45,742 bases of DNA from NCBI GenBank assembly GCA_964533515.1, contig CAZHMB010000003.1:1-45742 (forward strand). The letters run 5' to 3'. The translations under genes were made by a program, and so were the position numbers. Source of the stretch: Candidatus Woesearchaeota archaeon. GTDB lineage: Archaea > Nanobdellota > Nanobdellia > Pacearchaeales > GW2011-AR1. The notes below the pieces were generated by a model that made no database searches, was not told the origin of the DNA, and saw only the letters and a list, made by a program, of their open reading frames with translations. Below, one piece after another: positions 17,647-26,655 of the stretch; the first letter of the stretch is position 1, and every line of letters starts with the position of its first letter.

Positions 17647-18558
17647 TTATTTCACACTTCCATAAATCAAAGGCAACGCAATTGTGATATCACAAAAAAC
17701 ATCAACGAACTTCGCTTTCTCATTCATCTTTCCCCATGAAATTCCTTCTTTTAACGGAGCCCCTGAACTTCCTCCTGGTTGTGGGGTGTCTGTCGTTATT
17801 TGAATCCCATAAATTGCTCCTTTCGAAAATTGCAATGATTGTTGTATAAAATTCTTCGGAGTTCCACCCCCAAGATAAATAACCCCATTCTTCTCAGAAG
17901 TCCAAGCAATATCAATTATCTCTTTCATGTCCTCAAAAGCATCAACAAAAATTTCTTTCCCTGCAGCTTTCTTACCCCATATCATTAAACCAATTCCAGA
18001 ATCAGCAAGAGCAGGACAATAAATCGGAATCTTCTTTTCATAACATAGCCCCAATATGCTCTCTTTTCTTTTTTCTTCAGGAATCAAACTTCCAATCTTT
18101 TCCAAAAGTTCCTTTATGCTTTTACATTTAGAGATAACTTCCCAATGCTCATCAAAAAAGTTCTCCATATCTTCATAAACCTCATTCTTCATAAAAACAT
18201 TATAAATTCTATCAATTCCTTTTTTGTTCAATTCGGCGTCGCTTATATTTTCATCTCCAGAATAATGGTGGTGACCAAGAGCTTCAATTAGGTCGTGTGT
18301 CAAATTCGCTCCTGTTGTAACAAGAACATCAATTTTCTTTTCATTAACCATATCAACTATAATGCTCTTCATTCCCGCCGGCACCATAGCCCCAGCCAAT
18401 CCAAGAAAAACTTTGCATTTTTCATCATCAACCATCTCTTTAAAAATATCTGAAGCCAAAGAAATCTTTCCAGCCCCAAAACCACACCCCCCCATCTCTT
18501 TTACAAGTTTAGAGACTTTCATGTCTTTTTCAATTTTTATTGATTTAATGGGTTTCAT
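17647..18558 (-). CDS. dys: Deoxyhypusine synthase
   Basis: Motifs VTTGANLTHDLIEALG, IYCPALADSGIG, YLGGGTPKNF and GGSSGAPLKEGISWGK. Length 303 aa. Confidence 0.92.
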   Translation of the reverse strand: MKPIKSIKIEKDMKVSKLVKEMGGCGFGAGKISLASDIFKEMVDDEKCKVFLGLAGAMVPAGMKSIIVDMVNEKKIDVLVTTGANLTHDLIEALGHHHYSGDENISDAELNKKGIDRIYNVFMKNEVYEDMENFFDEHWEVISKCKSIKELLEKIGSLIPEEKRKESILGLCYEKKIPIYCPALADSGIGLMIWGKKAAGKEIFVDAFEDMKEIIDIAWTSEKNGVIYLGGGTPKNFIQQSLQFSKGAIYGIQITTDTPQPGGSSGAPLKEGISWGKMNEKAKFVDVFCDITIALPLIYGSVK

Positions 18559-18689
18559 TTTTAATTAATGAATCAGAAAGAAGTATAACTAGAACTATAT
18601 CGGTATCGCGAGGTTCCTAATTAACGAGTTTTTCATATATACTCCAGCACAATAACATTTAAAAATCTTCCTTTTCTGATTTTACTACA

Positions 18690-18890
18690 ATGAATAAATG
18701 GATAGAAATAATCTTCGGGTTGATTCTTGTTGTAGGTACGATTTTGGTTTGGGGCTATTCTGCTCAATGGGGCAGCTTCTGGAACTTCGGCACAGCAGCA
18801 TGGGAGCTTCTTAAGGGTGGTTTAGTATGGTTCGTATTACTAATCGGTCTTATTTTATTGATGCTCGGAATCAGCGATTTGAAGGAATAA
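18690..18890 (+). CDS. Small membrane protein (66 aa, 2 TM)
   Basis: Two hydrophobic helices rich in W/G. No family recognised. Confidence 0.5.
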   Translation: MNKWIEIIFGLILVVGTILVWGYSAQWGSFWNFGTAAWELLKGGLVWFVLLIGLILLMLGISDLKE

Positions 18891-18986
18891 ATCTTGGTAG
18901 GGTTTTTTGTGAACTGGCATAGATGAATCTGGTAACAAAATAAAAGAATTCTAAAAATAAAAAAATAAGAATAAATCAAGGAAAAA

Positions 18987-19166
18987 TTATTCCTTGAAAA
19001 GTTTAACGATCTCCCATATACCTGCAAGTCCAACTAATGCATAGATAGTTGTTATTAACCATGGAACATTAAACCAGGTAGCCACATCAGCAGCCCAAAT
19101 AGCTAGACCCCAATTCAACGCACCAATTATCACAAGTACTCTTGCAATCCAATCAATAGTGTTCAA
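18987..19166 (-). CDS. Unlisted 59-aa DUF378-like membrane protein (TTG start)
   Basis: An AGGAGG box sits 5 nt upstream of the TTG. Translation: MNTIDWIARVLVIIGALNWGLAIWAADVATWFNVPWLITTIYALVGLAGIWEIVKLFKE*. The IGALNWGL and IYxLVGLAG motifs match my recollection of DUF378. This replaces the listed shadow ORF 18764..19033. Confidence 0.6.
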   Translation of the reverse strand: MNTIDWIARVLVIIGALNWGLAIWAADVATWFNVPWLITTIYALVGLAGIWEIVKLFKE

Positions 19167-19230
19167 TTTAACCTCCTTTTTGAATTTAATTATTCTGAAA
19201 TATCAAAGAAGCTGTTCTTTTTAAATATAA

Positions 19231-19833
19231 CTAAATTCCCAACCCAATCAAAACCCCTTCTATAATTGCCGCTATTACTAGCAAAGGAAAAATAACCAAA
19301 ATAAAAACCTTGATGGATTTAACAAAAAATTCTTTCAAACTTTTCCCCGGATCTTTCTGAAAAATAAAACTTCCTAATTTTATCCCTAAACCAAATGCAA
19401 TAAAAATAGCAGTCAATTCAAAAATACCATGCGGCAACAATCTCCACAAATCCAAAAAACTTCCTTCTTCGGATAATATAACACTTCTTATAACAATTCC
19501 AACAACATAACCGTTGAATATTGTTGACAAAATACTGGGAACTCCAAGTATAACTCCAAGCAACATTGCAAAGAAGGCTGCCTGAAAATTATTCAAAAAT
19601 ATAAAACCAATCAACTCCGGAATTGCCATCCCTTCAGTAAGTGCGAAAAGTTCTTCCAACATGTTAGTAATATAGTTCAATATGTTCTCCGGAGGCAAAA
19701 AGAAAAATCCAACAAACATAAACACAACAAAAATTCCAATTGCAGAATATATAAATTTTCGAGACGATTTGATAAACTCCCAACTTTCTTTATACTCTTT
19801 TTTAAAATTGAATGCTTGTTTCTTGGATTTCAT
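19231..19833 (-). CDS. SpoIIM/DUF95-family membrane protein
   Basis: IFLNNFQAAFFAMLLGV, FNGYVVG and LLPHGIFELTAIFIAFGLG follow the SpoIIM consensus. Confidence 0.7.
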   Translation of the reverse strand: MKSKKQAFNFKKEYKESWEFIKSSRKFIYSAIGIFVVFMFVGFFFLPPENILNYITNMLEELFALTEGMAIPELIGFIFLNNFQAAFFAMLLGVILGVPSILSTIFNGYVVGIVIRSVILSEEGSFLDLWRLLPHGIFELTAIFIAFGLGIKLGSFIFQKDPGKSLKEFFVKSIKVFILVIFPLLVIAAIIEGVLIGLGI

Positions 19834-20582
19834 TTTTTCCTCGCTTTAAAGATAATTGTCGGCGGGACAACTTGCATTCTCTTTGGAGTATAATAATCCC
19901 AAAGGCCATACCAAGGATCATTTTTATATTTAATTCTTGAATCCGGCTCAATAATCTTCTCAACCATAAAACCTGCTTCTACTAAGGGATTAAACAATTC
20001 AGAAAGAGTATGATTATATGTAACAAGACTTGGACCACTTCGCATTTTCTCCATCTGCTTTCCAGTCTTAAAATAACTTCTTTGAACCTTAAATTTTTTC
20101 GGATCAACAATATTAAATAAAGGATGATCCAAACTAAAAACAAAACTTCCTTTTTTCTTCAGAATCCTATTAATCTGTTTAAATAATTTTAATAAATCCG
20201 GAGAATACAAAAAAGCAAATGCAGAAAAAACAAGATCATAACTATTTGATTTTACTTTTCTTAGGTCCTGAAAACTTCCATGAATTAATTTTATTTTGAC
20301 CTTATTTTTATCCGCAAGTTGTTTAGCAAAGTTTAACTGCTCTTTTGATTGGTCAATTCCTGTAACTATTGCTCCTTTTTTAGCCATTGCTATTCCACAT
20401 TGGGCGCCGCCACATCCAAGCTCTATTACCTTTTTCCCTTTAAGATTTCCCAACAAATTTAATTTATCCTCAAAAGGAGAACCTGGCCCGTAATGAATCC
20501 CGATCTTTATTTTGGATTCTTCTTGATAATATCTTGAATTTTGATCCCAATATTTCTCTATATGTTTTTCTATCTTTTTCAT
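19830..20582 (-). CDS. Class I SAM-dependent methyltransferase
   Basis: Motif I VIELGCGGAQCG, acidic loop VTGIDQS, motif post-II YDLVFSAFAF. Confidence 0.85.
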   Translation of the reverse strand: MKKIEKHIEKYWDQNSRYYQEESKIKIGIHYGPGSPFEDKLNLLGNLKGKKVIELGCGGAQCGIAMAKKGAIVTGIDQSKEQLNFAKQLADKNKVKIKLIHGSFQDLRKVKSNSYDLVFSAFAFLYSPDLLKLFKQINRILKKKGSFVFSLDHPLFNIVDPKKFKVQRSYFKTGKQMEKMRSGPSLVTYNHTLSELFNPLVEAGFMVEKIIEPDSRIKYKNDPWYGLWDYYTPKRMQVVPPTIIFKARKK

Positions 20583-21406
20583 CTCTCCTCATACATATAT
20601 CCTAATTCTCTAACTTTCCTAGGAAATTTATTTCTTAAATAAAACCCATAAATCAAACCGGCAACCAAACCTCCAAAATGCGCGGAGTTTCCTATGGGCA
20701 AATCAACAAAAAAATCTATCACCACTAAAGGCACAATAGCAATAATCGGAAGCAACCACATTTCCAATTTAATAGGCAAGGCAATCTTCTGGAATGAGCT
20801 ACCAAAAGAAAACATAGCAAAAATCATAACGAAAAACAGGATATTGATTACCGTTGAAAAAACGCCAACGAAACTAGCAGGAATGAAAGGGATTAAAATA
20901 AATTGTAGAACTAAAAGTATCAACGGACCAGCGATGAGATAGATTTTAGACCGCGGAACCAAAACCGCTAAGACCCCAAGCAAACCAAACAATGCTCCGC
21001 TTGCCCCAACAGCCGGGACATCAAGATTTCCGAAAATTAATCCAGAAAGAACAAAAAATATTCCTCCAAGAATTCCCGCTGCAAAATAAATCCCCAAGAA
21101 CCTTCTATTTCCAATTAATCTCTCAAGAAAATTCCCGATGAAAAACAACGAAAACATATTTGCAAACAAGTGAAAAAAATTCGCATGCATGAACATGCTC
21201 GTTAAAAAAGTCCACAAACTTTTTCCTTGTCTAATCAAACTCGGGGTGATAGCTAGATATTTAACAAAAAAATCCTCGCCAAAGATATTGATTAAAATTA
21301 AACCTCCAAAAAAGAGAACAACATTTGAGATAATCAAAATTAAAGTTACATTCATCCCTCCAAAAATATTGAAATTCCTTGTTCCTCTTAAAGCATATCT
21401 CGCCAT
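20579..21406 (-). CDS. Rhomboid-family intramembrane serine protease
   Basis: Motifs HANFFHLFANM, GASGALFGLLG and AHFGGLVAG, with a multi-TM topology. Confidence 0.9.
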   Translation of the reverse strand: MARYALRGTRNFNIFGGMNVTLILIISNVVLFFGGLILINIFGEDFFVKYLAITPSLIRQGKSLWTFLTSMFMHANFFHLFANMFSLFFIGNFLERLIGNRRFLGIYFAAGILGGIFFVLSGLIFGNLDVPAVGASGALFGLLGVLAVLVPRSKIYLIAGPLILLVLQFILIPFIPASFVGVFSTVINILFFVMIFAMFSFGSSFQKIALPIKLEMWLLPIIAIVPLVVIDFFVDLPIGNSAHFGGLVAGLIYGFYLRNKFPRKVRELGYMYEER

Positions 21407-21509
21407 GATAATAAAATTCGATTAAACTATTTAAAGTTATTTCTTTCAATTTGTGATAAGTAAAGTGTAAAAACAACCCATCATAAGTCTCAGCTCGTGG
21501 AAATATTGT

Positions 21510-21575
21510 CCCATTAATTTTTAGTATCAAGCGAAGCTTCCTTGTAGCAAAACTGGAAGCAGAGCGATTAAAAAA
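21510..21575. repeat. Intergenic hairpin element, copy C
   Basis: CCCATTAATTTTTAGTATCAAGCGAA-GCTTCC-TTGTAGCAAAACT-GGAAGC-AGAGCGATTAAAAAAC. It abuts the stop of tfe (21576). Confidence 0.7.
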
Positions 21576-22442
21576 CTATTTCTTCTTCACAGATTTTCCC
21601 TTAACTTTCTTCTTAGAAACTTTCTTCTTTGTTTTCTTAACAACTTTCTTTTTTGCCCCAGCTTTCTTCTTGACTAGTTTTTTCTTTGCCTTCTTCGCTT
21701 TTTTCTTTTTTGCCCCAGAATTCCGCTTGTGCCCTTTAGGGTATGCTTTGGGGTATGCCGATCGGCGAGCCTTCTTCTTCACAGGTTTAGGTTTTATCCC
21801 ATTCTTACGATCTTCTTTAGCTTTCAATCTCTTTCTTTCTTTAGCATTAGCTTTTCTCTTCTCAGATTTTTCAATAGCTTCTCTCTCAAGTTCCTTCTCT
21901 TTTATCTTATCAACCTTCTCCTGCTCTTTATCAACCTCTACAGCTATCTCTTTTATCTCTTGATGGATCTTATCCAATTGTCTTTTCAATCCTTTAAGAA
22001 CCTTAGAATTATCTTTCAATGTAAAAACCTCCCCACATTCTTCACATGTAAAATCATGTAGCAACGCATTCTCCTCGCTGTACTCCAATCCACAACGCTC
22101 ACAAACATAAAACTTTTTGGATTCCCTACTTTTAATCTGATTATCCAACTGTTCTTTTCTCTTAAAAAGATTCGTCTTCAAAAACTCTAAAGTCTTCAAA
22201 ATATCAAGCCTCCAAAAATAAGTATACCACCCTTTTTTCTTATCTTTCTTTCTATTTGAAATAACCAAACCATAATCAGAAAGTTTGTAAAGAAGATTTC
22301 TCGTTTGATTAATAGTTATGTCCAATTTTTTAGCAATCAAAAATTCATTCACCGGTTTTTTGGAATTCAAAAGCTTCGCAATCTCCTCGAATTGCCTTCC
22401 TAAAACCAAGCTCACAGCCTCCCTTAAAAAATTTTCTACCAT
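21576..22442 (-). CDS. tfe: Transcription factor E (TFE alpha) with long coiled-coil and Lys-rich C-terminal extension
   Basis: The N-terminal wHTH is LIAKKLDITINQTRNLLYKLSDYGLVISNRKKDKKKGWYTYFWRLD. The Zn ribbon is CERCG...CEECG. An E/K coiled coil and a KKAKK-type tail follow (288 aa in total). Confidence 0.8.
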   Translation of the reverse strand: MVENFLREAVSLVLGRQFEEIAKLLNSKKPVNEFLIAKKLDITINQTRNLLYKLSDYGLVISNRKKDKKKGWYTYFWRLDILKTLEFLKTNLFKRKEQLDNQIKSRESKKFYVCERCGLEYSEENALLHDFTCEECGEVFTLKDNSKVLKGLKRQLDKIHQEIKEIAVEVDKEQEKVDKIKEKELEREAIEKSEKRKANAKERKRLKAKEDRKNGIKPKPVKKKARRSAYPKAYPKGHKRNSGAKKKKAKKAKKKLVKKKAGAKKKVVKKTKKKVSKKKVKGKSVKKK

Positions 22443-22575
22443 TGTATTAGATTATATTAGTCAATTAAAAACTTTTCGTTTAACTTCGATAAAACAAAAC
22501 AAAGGTTTTTAAACCTATAGTTTTTTATATATATGTTTCAATAAATATATTAGAAAATATATATTCAAGTATACA

Positions 22576-23202
22576 ATGGGATTATTTGATAAAAAAGGTG
22601 ATGAAAAAAAGGAGAAAGATATTTCTAGTAATGAAAAACCAGCATTAGATGAACCGCCGACACTTCCAGAATTACCTGAGTTGCCAGAGCTTCCAGACCG
22701 AAATGATTCCGAAGAAGATCTAGCCCCTGTAAAAAAAGAAAAGCTTCCTCAACTTCCTAGTTTCCCCTCAAGCTCATTTGGAGATAAATTTTCTCAGAAC
22801 ACTATTAAAGATGCTGTCTCTGGGAGAAAAGAGGTGTCGGGAGCTTTTGACGACGATGAATCTCTAGAAGATGAGATGAGTCCGGAGTTCCCAACTATAA
22901 AAGGTTCTTCAAGACAAAGTTTAACTGAAGAAATACCTGGAGTTCCAAGAGAATTTAAACAAGCTGCAAAAAGAGTTCAAGAAGCTGAACCAGTTTTCAT
23001 AAGAATAGACAAATTCCAAGAATCATTAAAGATAATAGAAAAGACAAAAGAGAAAATTACCGGAATAGAAAAAGTCCTACACGATATTAAAACCGTCCGA
23101 GACCAAGAGGAAAAAGAACTCCAAGGATGGGAAAAAGAAATTCAACAAGCAAAACTACATATAGAAAAAATAGACGAAGAAATATTTTCTAAAGTTGAAT
23201 AA
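22576..23202 (+). CDS. Hypothetical protein: disordered PELPELPELP N-half, coiled-coil C-half
   Basis: Clean ORF behind an AT-rich promoter region. The repeat is LPELPELPELP. The C-terminal region is helical and E/K-rich. Confidence 0.6.
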   Translation: MGLFDKKGDEKKEKDISSNEKPALDEPPTLPELPELPELPDRNDSEEDLAPVKKEKLPQLPSFPSSSFGDKFSQNTIKDAVSGRKEVSGAFDDDESLEDEMSPEFPTIKGSSRQSLTEEIPGVPREFKQAAKRVQEAEPVFIRIDKFQESLKIIEKTKEKITGIEKVLHDIKTVRDQEEKELQGWEKEIQQAKLHIEKIDEEIFSKVE

Positions 23203-23210
23203 TTAGAAAA

Positions 23211-23660
23211 ATGGCATCTAAAAATAAAAGCACTTCAAATTCTGGACAAAATTTGGTTCATATCAAATTAGACTTTCAAGAAGCGGTAGATAGTAAGAAA
23301 AACCTACTTCTAACTAAAGCAAATTTCCTAAGAACAAACCAAAACTTGAAATCTTATATTCCCTTAAGAAAAGAGGAATTAAATCAAAAGATAAAATTAA
23401 GAAATAGATTAAGAGAGCTCAAAAAGGATTTAACTTCCCTTGACGCAACTTTTCCAACACCCAAAATTCCACACATCTTAGACGATCATTTAGAACACAC
23501 CATGGATGAATCAGATGAAGGAGAAAGTGTTTTATTTAATTCACCTCCGACAGAGATTGAAAAGACGCTTGAAAAAACAAAGTCTTTTTCTCAAGATTCG
23601 GATATTGCATCTGAACTAGAAGACATCAAGAGAAAATTAGGTGAATTGGAAGAGATTTAG
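23211..23660 (+). CDS. Hypothetical coiled-coil protein (149 aa)
   Basis: Starts 8 nt after the previous stop. Helical, K/L/E-rich, with an acidic C-terminus. Confidence 0.55.
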   Translation: MASKNKSTSNSGQNLVHIKLDFQEAVDSKKNLLLTKANFLRTNQNLKSYIPLRKEELNQKIKLRNRLRELKKDLTSLDATFPTPKIPHILDDHLEHTMDESDEGESVLFNSPPTEIEKTLEKTKSFSQDSDIASELEDIKRKLGELEEI

Positions 23661-23734
23661 AATAAAAGTTACTTTTTATCTCTTTAGAAGATATAAAAAG
23701 AGCTAAAGTTCTCTTTCAATTATGTTATACACAA

Positions 23735-23752
23735 TTTTTGTATTCTTGCACT
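23735..23752 (+). repeat. Inverted repeat, left arm (TTTTTGTATTCTTGCACT)
   Basis: Perfect 18-nt reverse complement of 24416..24433. Confidence 0.9.
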
Positions 23753-23771
23753 CAGCTTCAACAACCTAATT

Positions 23772-24380
23772 CTAACCTAGTGTTGTTTTAGCTAATTCTA
23801 TAGGAGTTAGTTTATGACCGAGAATTTTTTCATATTCTGTTAGGAGAATTGCTTTATCTAGTTCCCCTATTGGCTCCACACAAGAGATATATTTTAATGG
23901 AATTCCTTTCCTGTATCTTATCTCAACAGGCTCTGAGGTCATTACCAAATGTCCTTCACCAGTATATTCTGGAAACATACCCAATTCCGAAACTTGATGA
24001 TTAAATCCGATAACTACTCCATTTTTACCTTGTAAAATTGTCTCTAATCTCTTTAATCCTTCTATAGAAGTATCATCAAGTTTGCCATTCTCATAACCTG
24101 TTGTGTGGAGGGCAGCCCAATCTACAGAAGATCTATATGCAAATTCATAATTAGATACCCCTGTTTCTGCTTTTTCTATTGGAATCCCATACTTATCAAA
24201 TGTTTCAGGAACTGCCCAAAATAAAAATGCATCTAATTCATTTAGTGGAGCCAAAAACCCCCTAAATATACTTAGTGTATATCCTGTTGCAGTTCCTCTT
24301 AATAATAAAGGCAAGTCTCCATTTCTTGAAAAAATTCTCTCTAATTCCCTAATAATATTCTTTCTTCTCATATTATACAT
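23772..24380 (-). CDS. Orphan protein (202 aa) enclosed by the 18-bp inverted repeats
   Basis: Clean ORF MYNMRRKNIIRELERIFSRNGDLPLLLRGTATGY... No family recognised. Confidence 0.7.
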   Translation of the reverse strand: MYNMRRKNIIRELERIFSRNGDLPLLLRGTATGYTLSIFRGFLAPLNELDAFLFWAVPETFDKYGIPIEKAETGVSNYEFAYRSSVDWAALHTTGYENGKLDDTSIEGLKRLETILQGKNGVVIGFNHQVSELGMFPEYTGEGHLVMTSEPVEIRYRKGIPLKYISCVEPIGELDKAILLTEYEKILGHKLTPIELAKTTLG

Positions 24381-24415
24381 GGAAGTATAAACTAACTTTT
24401 AATATTTTCGCATAT

Positions 24416-24433
24416 AGTGCAAGAATACAAAAA
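24416..24433 (-). repeat. Inverted repeat, right arm
   Basis: AGTGCAAGAATACAAAAA on the plus strand is the reverse complement of 23735..23752. It lies 36 to 53 nt upstream of the ATG at 24380. Confidence 0.9.
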
Positions 24434-24550
24434 CTTTTCCGTTCCTCGCCTCCGGCTGCGCTCCCACTCCACTTCGCTCCGAGAACTTCGTTAAATTCCG
24501 AGGTTAATCAAATCCAAAATATTAAAAAACCCTTATTCTCTTCTTTTATC

Positions 24551-26440
24551 ATGATAACTCGAAAAGAATTGATAAAAAAATACATTGAATTTTTCAAATC
24601 AAAGGGCCATAAGGAAATTCCAAACTCTTCTCTTATCCCTGAAAACGACCCAACAGTTTTATTCACAACGGCAGGAATGCATCCATTAGTTCCATTTCTT
24701 TTAGGACAAAAACATTCACAAGGAAAAAGATTAGTAAACGTCCAAAGATGCATCAGAACAGGAGATATAAACGAAGTGGGCGACACAACCCACCACACAT
24801 TTTTCGAGATGTTGGGCAACTGGTCACTAGGAGACTACTTCAAAAAAGAAGCAATAGAATATTCATTTGAATTTCTAACAAAGGTTTTAAAGATACAAAA
24901 AGAGAAACTAGCAGTAACGATTTTTGCAGGAGAAAGTAAAATGGCGCCAGCAGATTTTGAAGCAAAAGAAATATGGAGGAATCTAGGAATTCCAGAAAAT
25001 AAAATAGAACCCCTTGGAAAAGAAGGTAACTGGTGGGGACCTGCAGGAGATACAGGACTATGTGGACCAGATACAGAGATGTTTTACTGGAGATCAAAAA
25101 AACCAGTCCCAGAAAAATTGAATCCAAACTATTCTACATTGGCAACAGAAGGTAGAAAATGGGAAGAAGAAAAACAAAAATGGGGAGAAGAAGACAGCAA
25201 CTGGGTAGAAATCTGGAACGACGTCCTAATGCAATATAACAAAGACAAGAAAGGAAATTACAATGAAGCAAAGCAAAAAAACATCGACACCGGAATGGGC
25301 GTCGAAAGAACGGTTACAATCTTAAACGGACTTGAGGACAACTATCTCGCAGATATGTGGCAACCTCTAATAAAACAAATAGAAAAATTATCAGGGAAAA
25401 AATACACCTTCGCAAAAGGAGATCTTGGATTTAAAGAAATGCCAGAGTGCTGGATTGATGATATGCGCTTAATGCGAATCATAGCAGACCACATCAAAGC
25501 AGCAGTTTTTATAATCGCAGATGGAGTGGTTCCAAGTAATACCGAACAGGGATACGTCCTAAGAAGACTAATCCGAAAAGCAGTTCGGTACGCAAAAAAA
25601 TTGGGCATTCCAAAAGACTCAGACCTAATAACGCCATTGGTTAAAGAAATCCTAAAGATCTATAGTGATTATAATATTCTAAAAGATAATAAACAAAGAA
25701 TAATCGATGAAATTAATAAAGAAGAAGACAAATTTGAACTTACATTGGAAAAAGGAATTAGGAAAATTAAAAAAATGTCTCACGAAATTAATGTTAATGA
25801 AGAAATTTCTGGGAAGAAAGCATTCTTGCTCTACCAATCTTATGGTTTCCCTATTGAAATGACTAGAGAAATAGCTTTGGAATCTGGAGTAGATGTAGAT
25901 ATAAAAAGTTTTAATAAAGAACTCAAAGCCCACCAATCCCTCAGCAGAACATCCTCAGCAGGAAAATTCAAATCCGGTTTAGCAGACAATTCAGAACAAA
26001 CAGCAAAATTGCATACTGCAACACATTTATTGAATCAAGCATTGCGAGAAGTCCTGAAAGATCCAAAAATCTATCAAAGAGGAAGCAACATAACACCTGA
26101 AAGATTAAGATTCGATTTCAACTTCGATAGAAAACTCGCTGACCAAGAAAAAAAGAAAATCGAGGATTGGGTTAACGACAAGATCAAAAAAGACCACCCT
26201 GTGAAATGTGAAGAAATGCCCGTGGATGAAGCCAAGAAAAAAGGTGCCCAAGGAATCTTCGATGACAAGTATAAAGACAAAGTTAAAGTTTACTCAATTG
26301 GGAAGGAAGGAAAAGAAGTCAGCAAAGAAATTTGCGCAGGCCCACATGTAGATTCATTAGGAGAACTCGGAAAATTCAAAATCAAAAAAGAAGAATCCTC
26401 AAGTTCTGGTGTAAGAAGAATCAAAGGGGTGTTGGAATGA
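24551..26440 (+). CDS. alaS: Alanyl-tRNA synthetase, bacterial-type, short form lacking the C-Ala domain
   Basis: The N-terminus FFKSKGHKEIPNSSLIPENDPTVLFTTAGMHPLVPFLLG is the bacterial AlaRS signature. Editing-domain motifs are HTATHLL and CAGPHV. The protein ends at GVRRIKGVLE after 629 aa. Confidence 0.93.
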   Translation: MITRKELIKKYIEFFKSKGHKEIPNSSLIPENDPTVLFTTAGMHPLVPFLLGQKHSQGKRLVNVQRCIRTGDINEVGDTTHHTFFEMLGNWSLGDYFKKEAIEYSFEFLTKVLKIQKEKLAVTIFAGESKMAPADFEAKEIWRNLGIPENKIEPLGKEGNWWGPAGDTGLCGPDTEMFYWRSKKPVPEKLNPNYSTLATEGRKWEEEKQKWGEEDSNWVEIWNDVLMQYNKDKKGNYNEAKQKNIDTGMGVERTVTILNGLEDNYLADMWQPLIKQIEKLSGKKYTFAKGDLGFKEMPECWIDDMRLMRIIADHIKAAVFIIADGVVPSNTEQGYVLRRLIRKAVRYAKKLGIPKDSDLITPLVKEILKIYSDYNILKDNKQRIIDEINKEEDKFELTLEKGIRKIKKMSHEINVNEEISGKKAFLLYQSYGFPIEMTREIALESGVDVDIKSFNKELKAHQSLSRTSSAGKFKSGLADNSEQTAKLHTATHLLNQALREVLKDPKIYQRGSNITPERLRFDFNFDRKLADQEKKKIEDWVNDKIKKDHPVKCEEMPVDEAKKKGAQGIFDDKYKDKVKVYSIGKEGKEVSKEICAGPHVDSLGELGKFKIKKEESSSSGVRRIKGVLE

Positions 26441-26631
26441 ATGACTCTACTTTGACAAGAGAAGAATCTAAAACAGATTCAAAACTAATAAAAAGCGGAA
26501 TTGTAATGTGTGATAAAGCTTGGCAAAGAGAAAATGTCCCAGGCCAATGGATGTTTATCCCAGAAGATTGTAGAACTTGCGAAGGATATGATCCCCTTTG
26601 TAAAGACTATTTCCCAACAACTTTAGAATAA
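26437..26631 (+). CDS. Cys-rich 64-aa protein, ATGA-coupled to alaS
   Basis: The ATG at 26437 overlaps the alaS stop (ATGA). Translation: MNDSTLTREESKTDSKLIKSGIVMCDKAWQRENVPGQWMFIPEDCRTCEGYDPLCKDYFPTTLE. The listed ORF's N-terminus (from 26332) lies inside alaS and is rejected. Confidence 0.45.
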   Translation: MNDSTLTREESKTDSKLIKSGIVMCDKAWQRENVPGQWMFIPEDCRTCEGYDPLCKDYFPTTLE

Positions 26632-26655
26632 ATAAACTAACGGAGGAAAATAAAA

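Noticed and set aside
18764-19033. Listed 89-aa minus-strand ORF
   Set aside because: It overlaps the plus-strand membrane-protein gene and has odd composition. The adjacent unlisted TTG-initiated DUF378-like ORF (18987..19166), with an AGGAGG box, explains the region better.
24434-24510. Tested as a tRNA or split-tRNA half
   Set aside because: There is no GTTCRAATC-type T-loop, and neither strand gives acceptor/D-arm pairing. I kept it only as an unexplained GC-rich tract.
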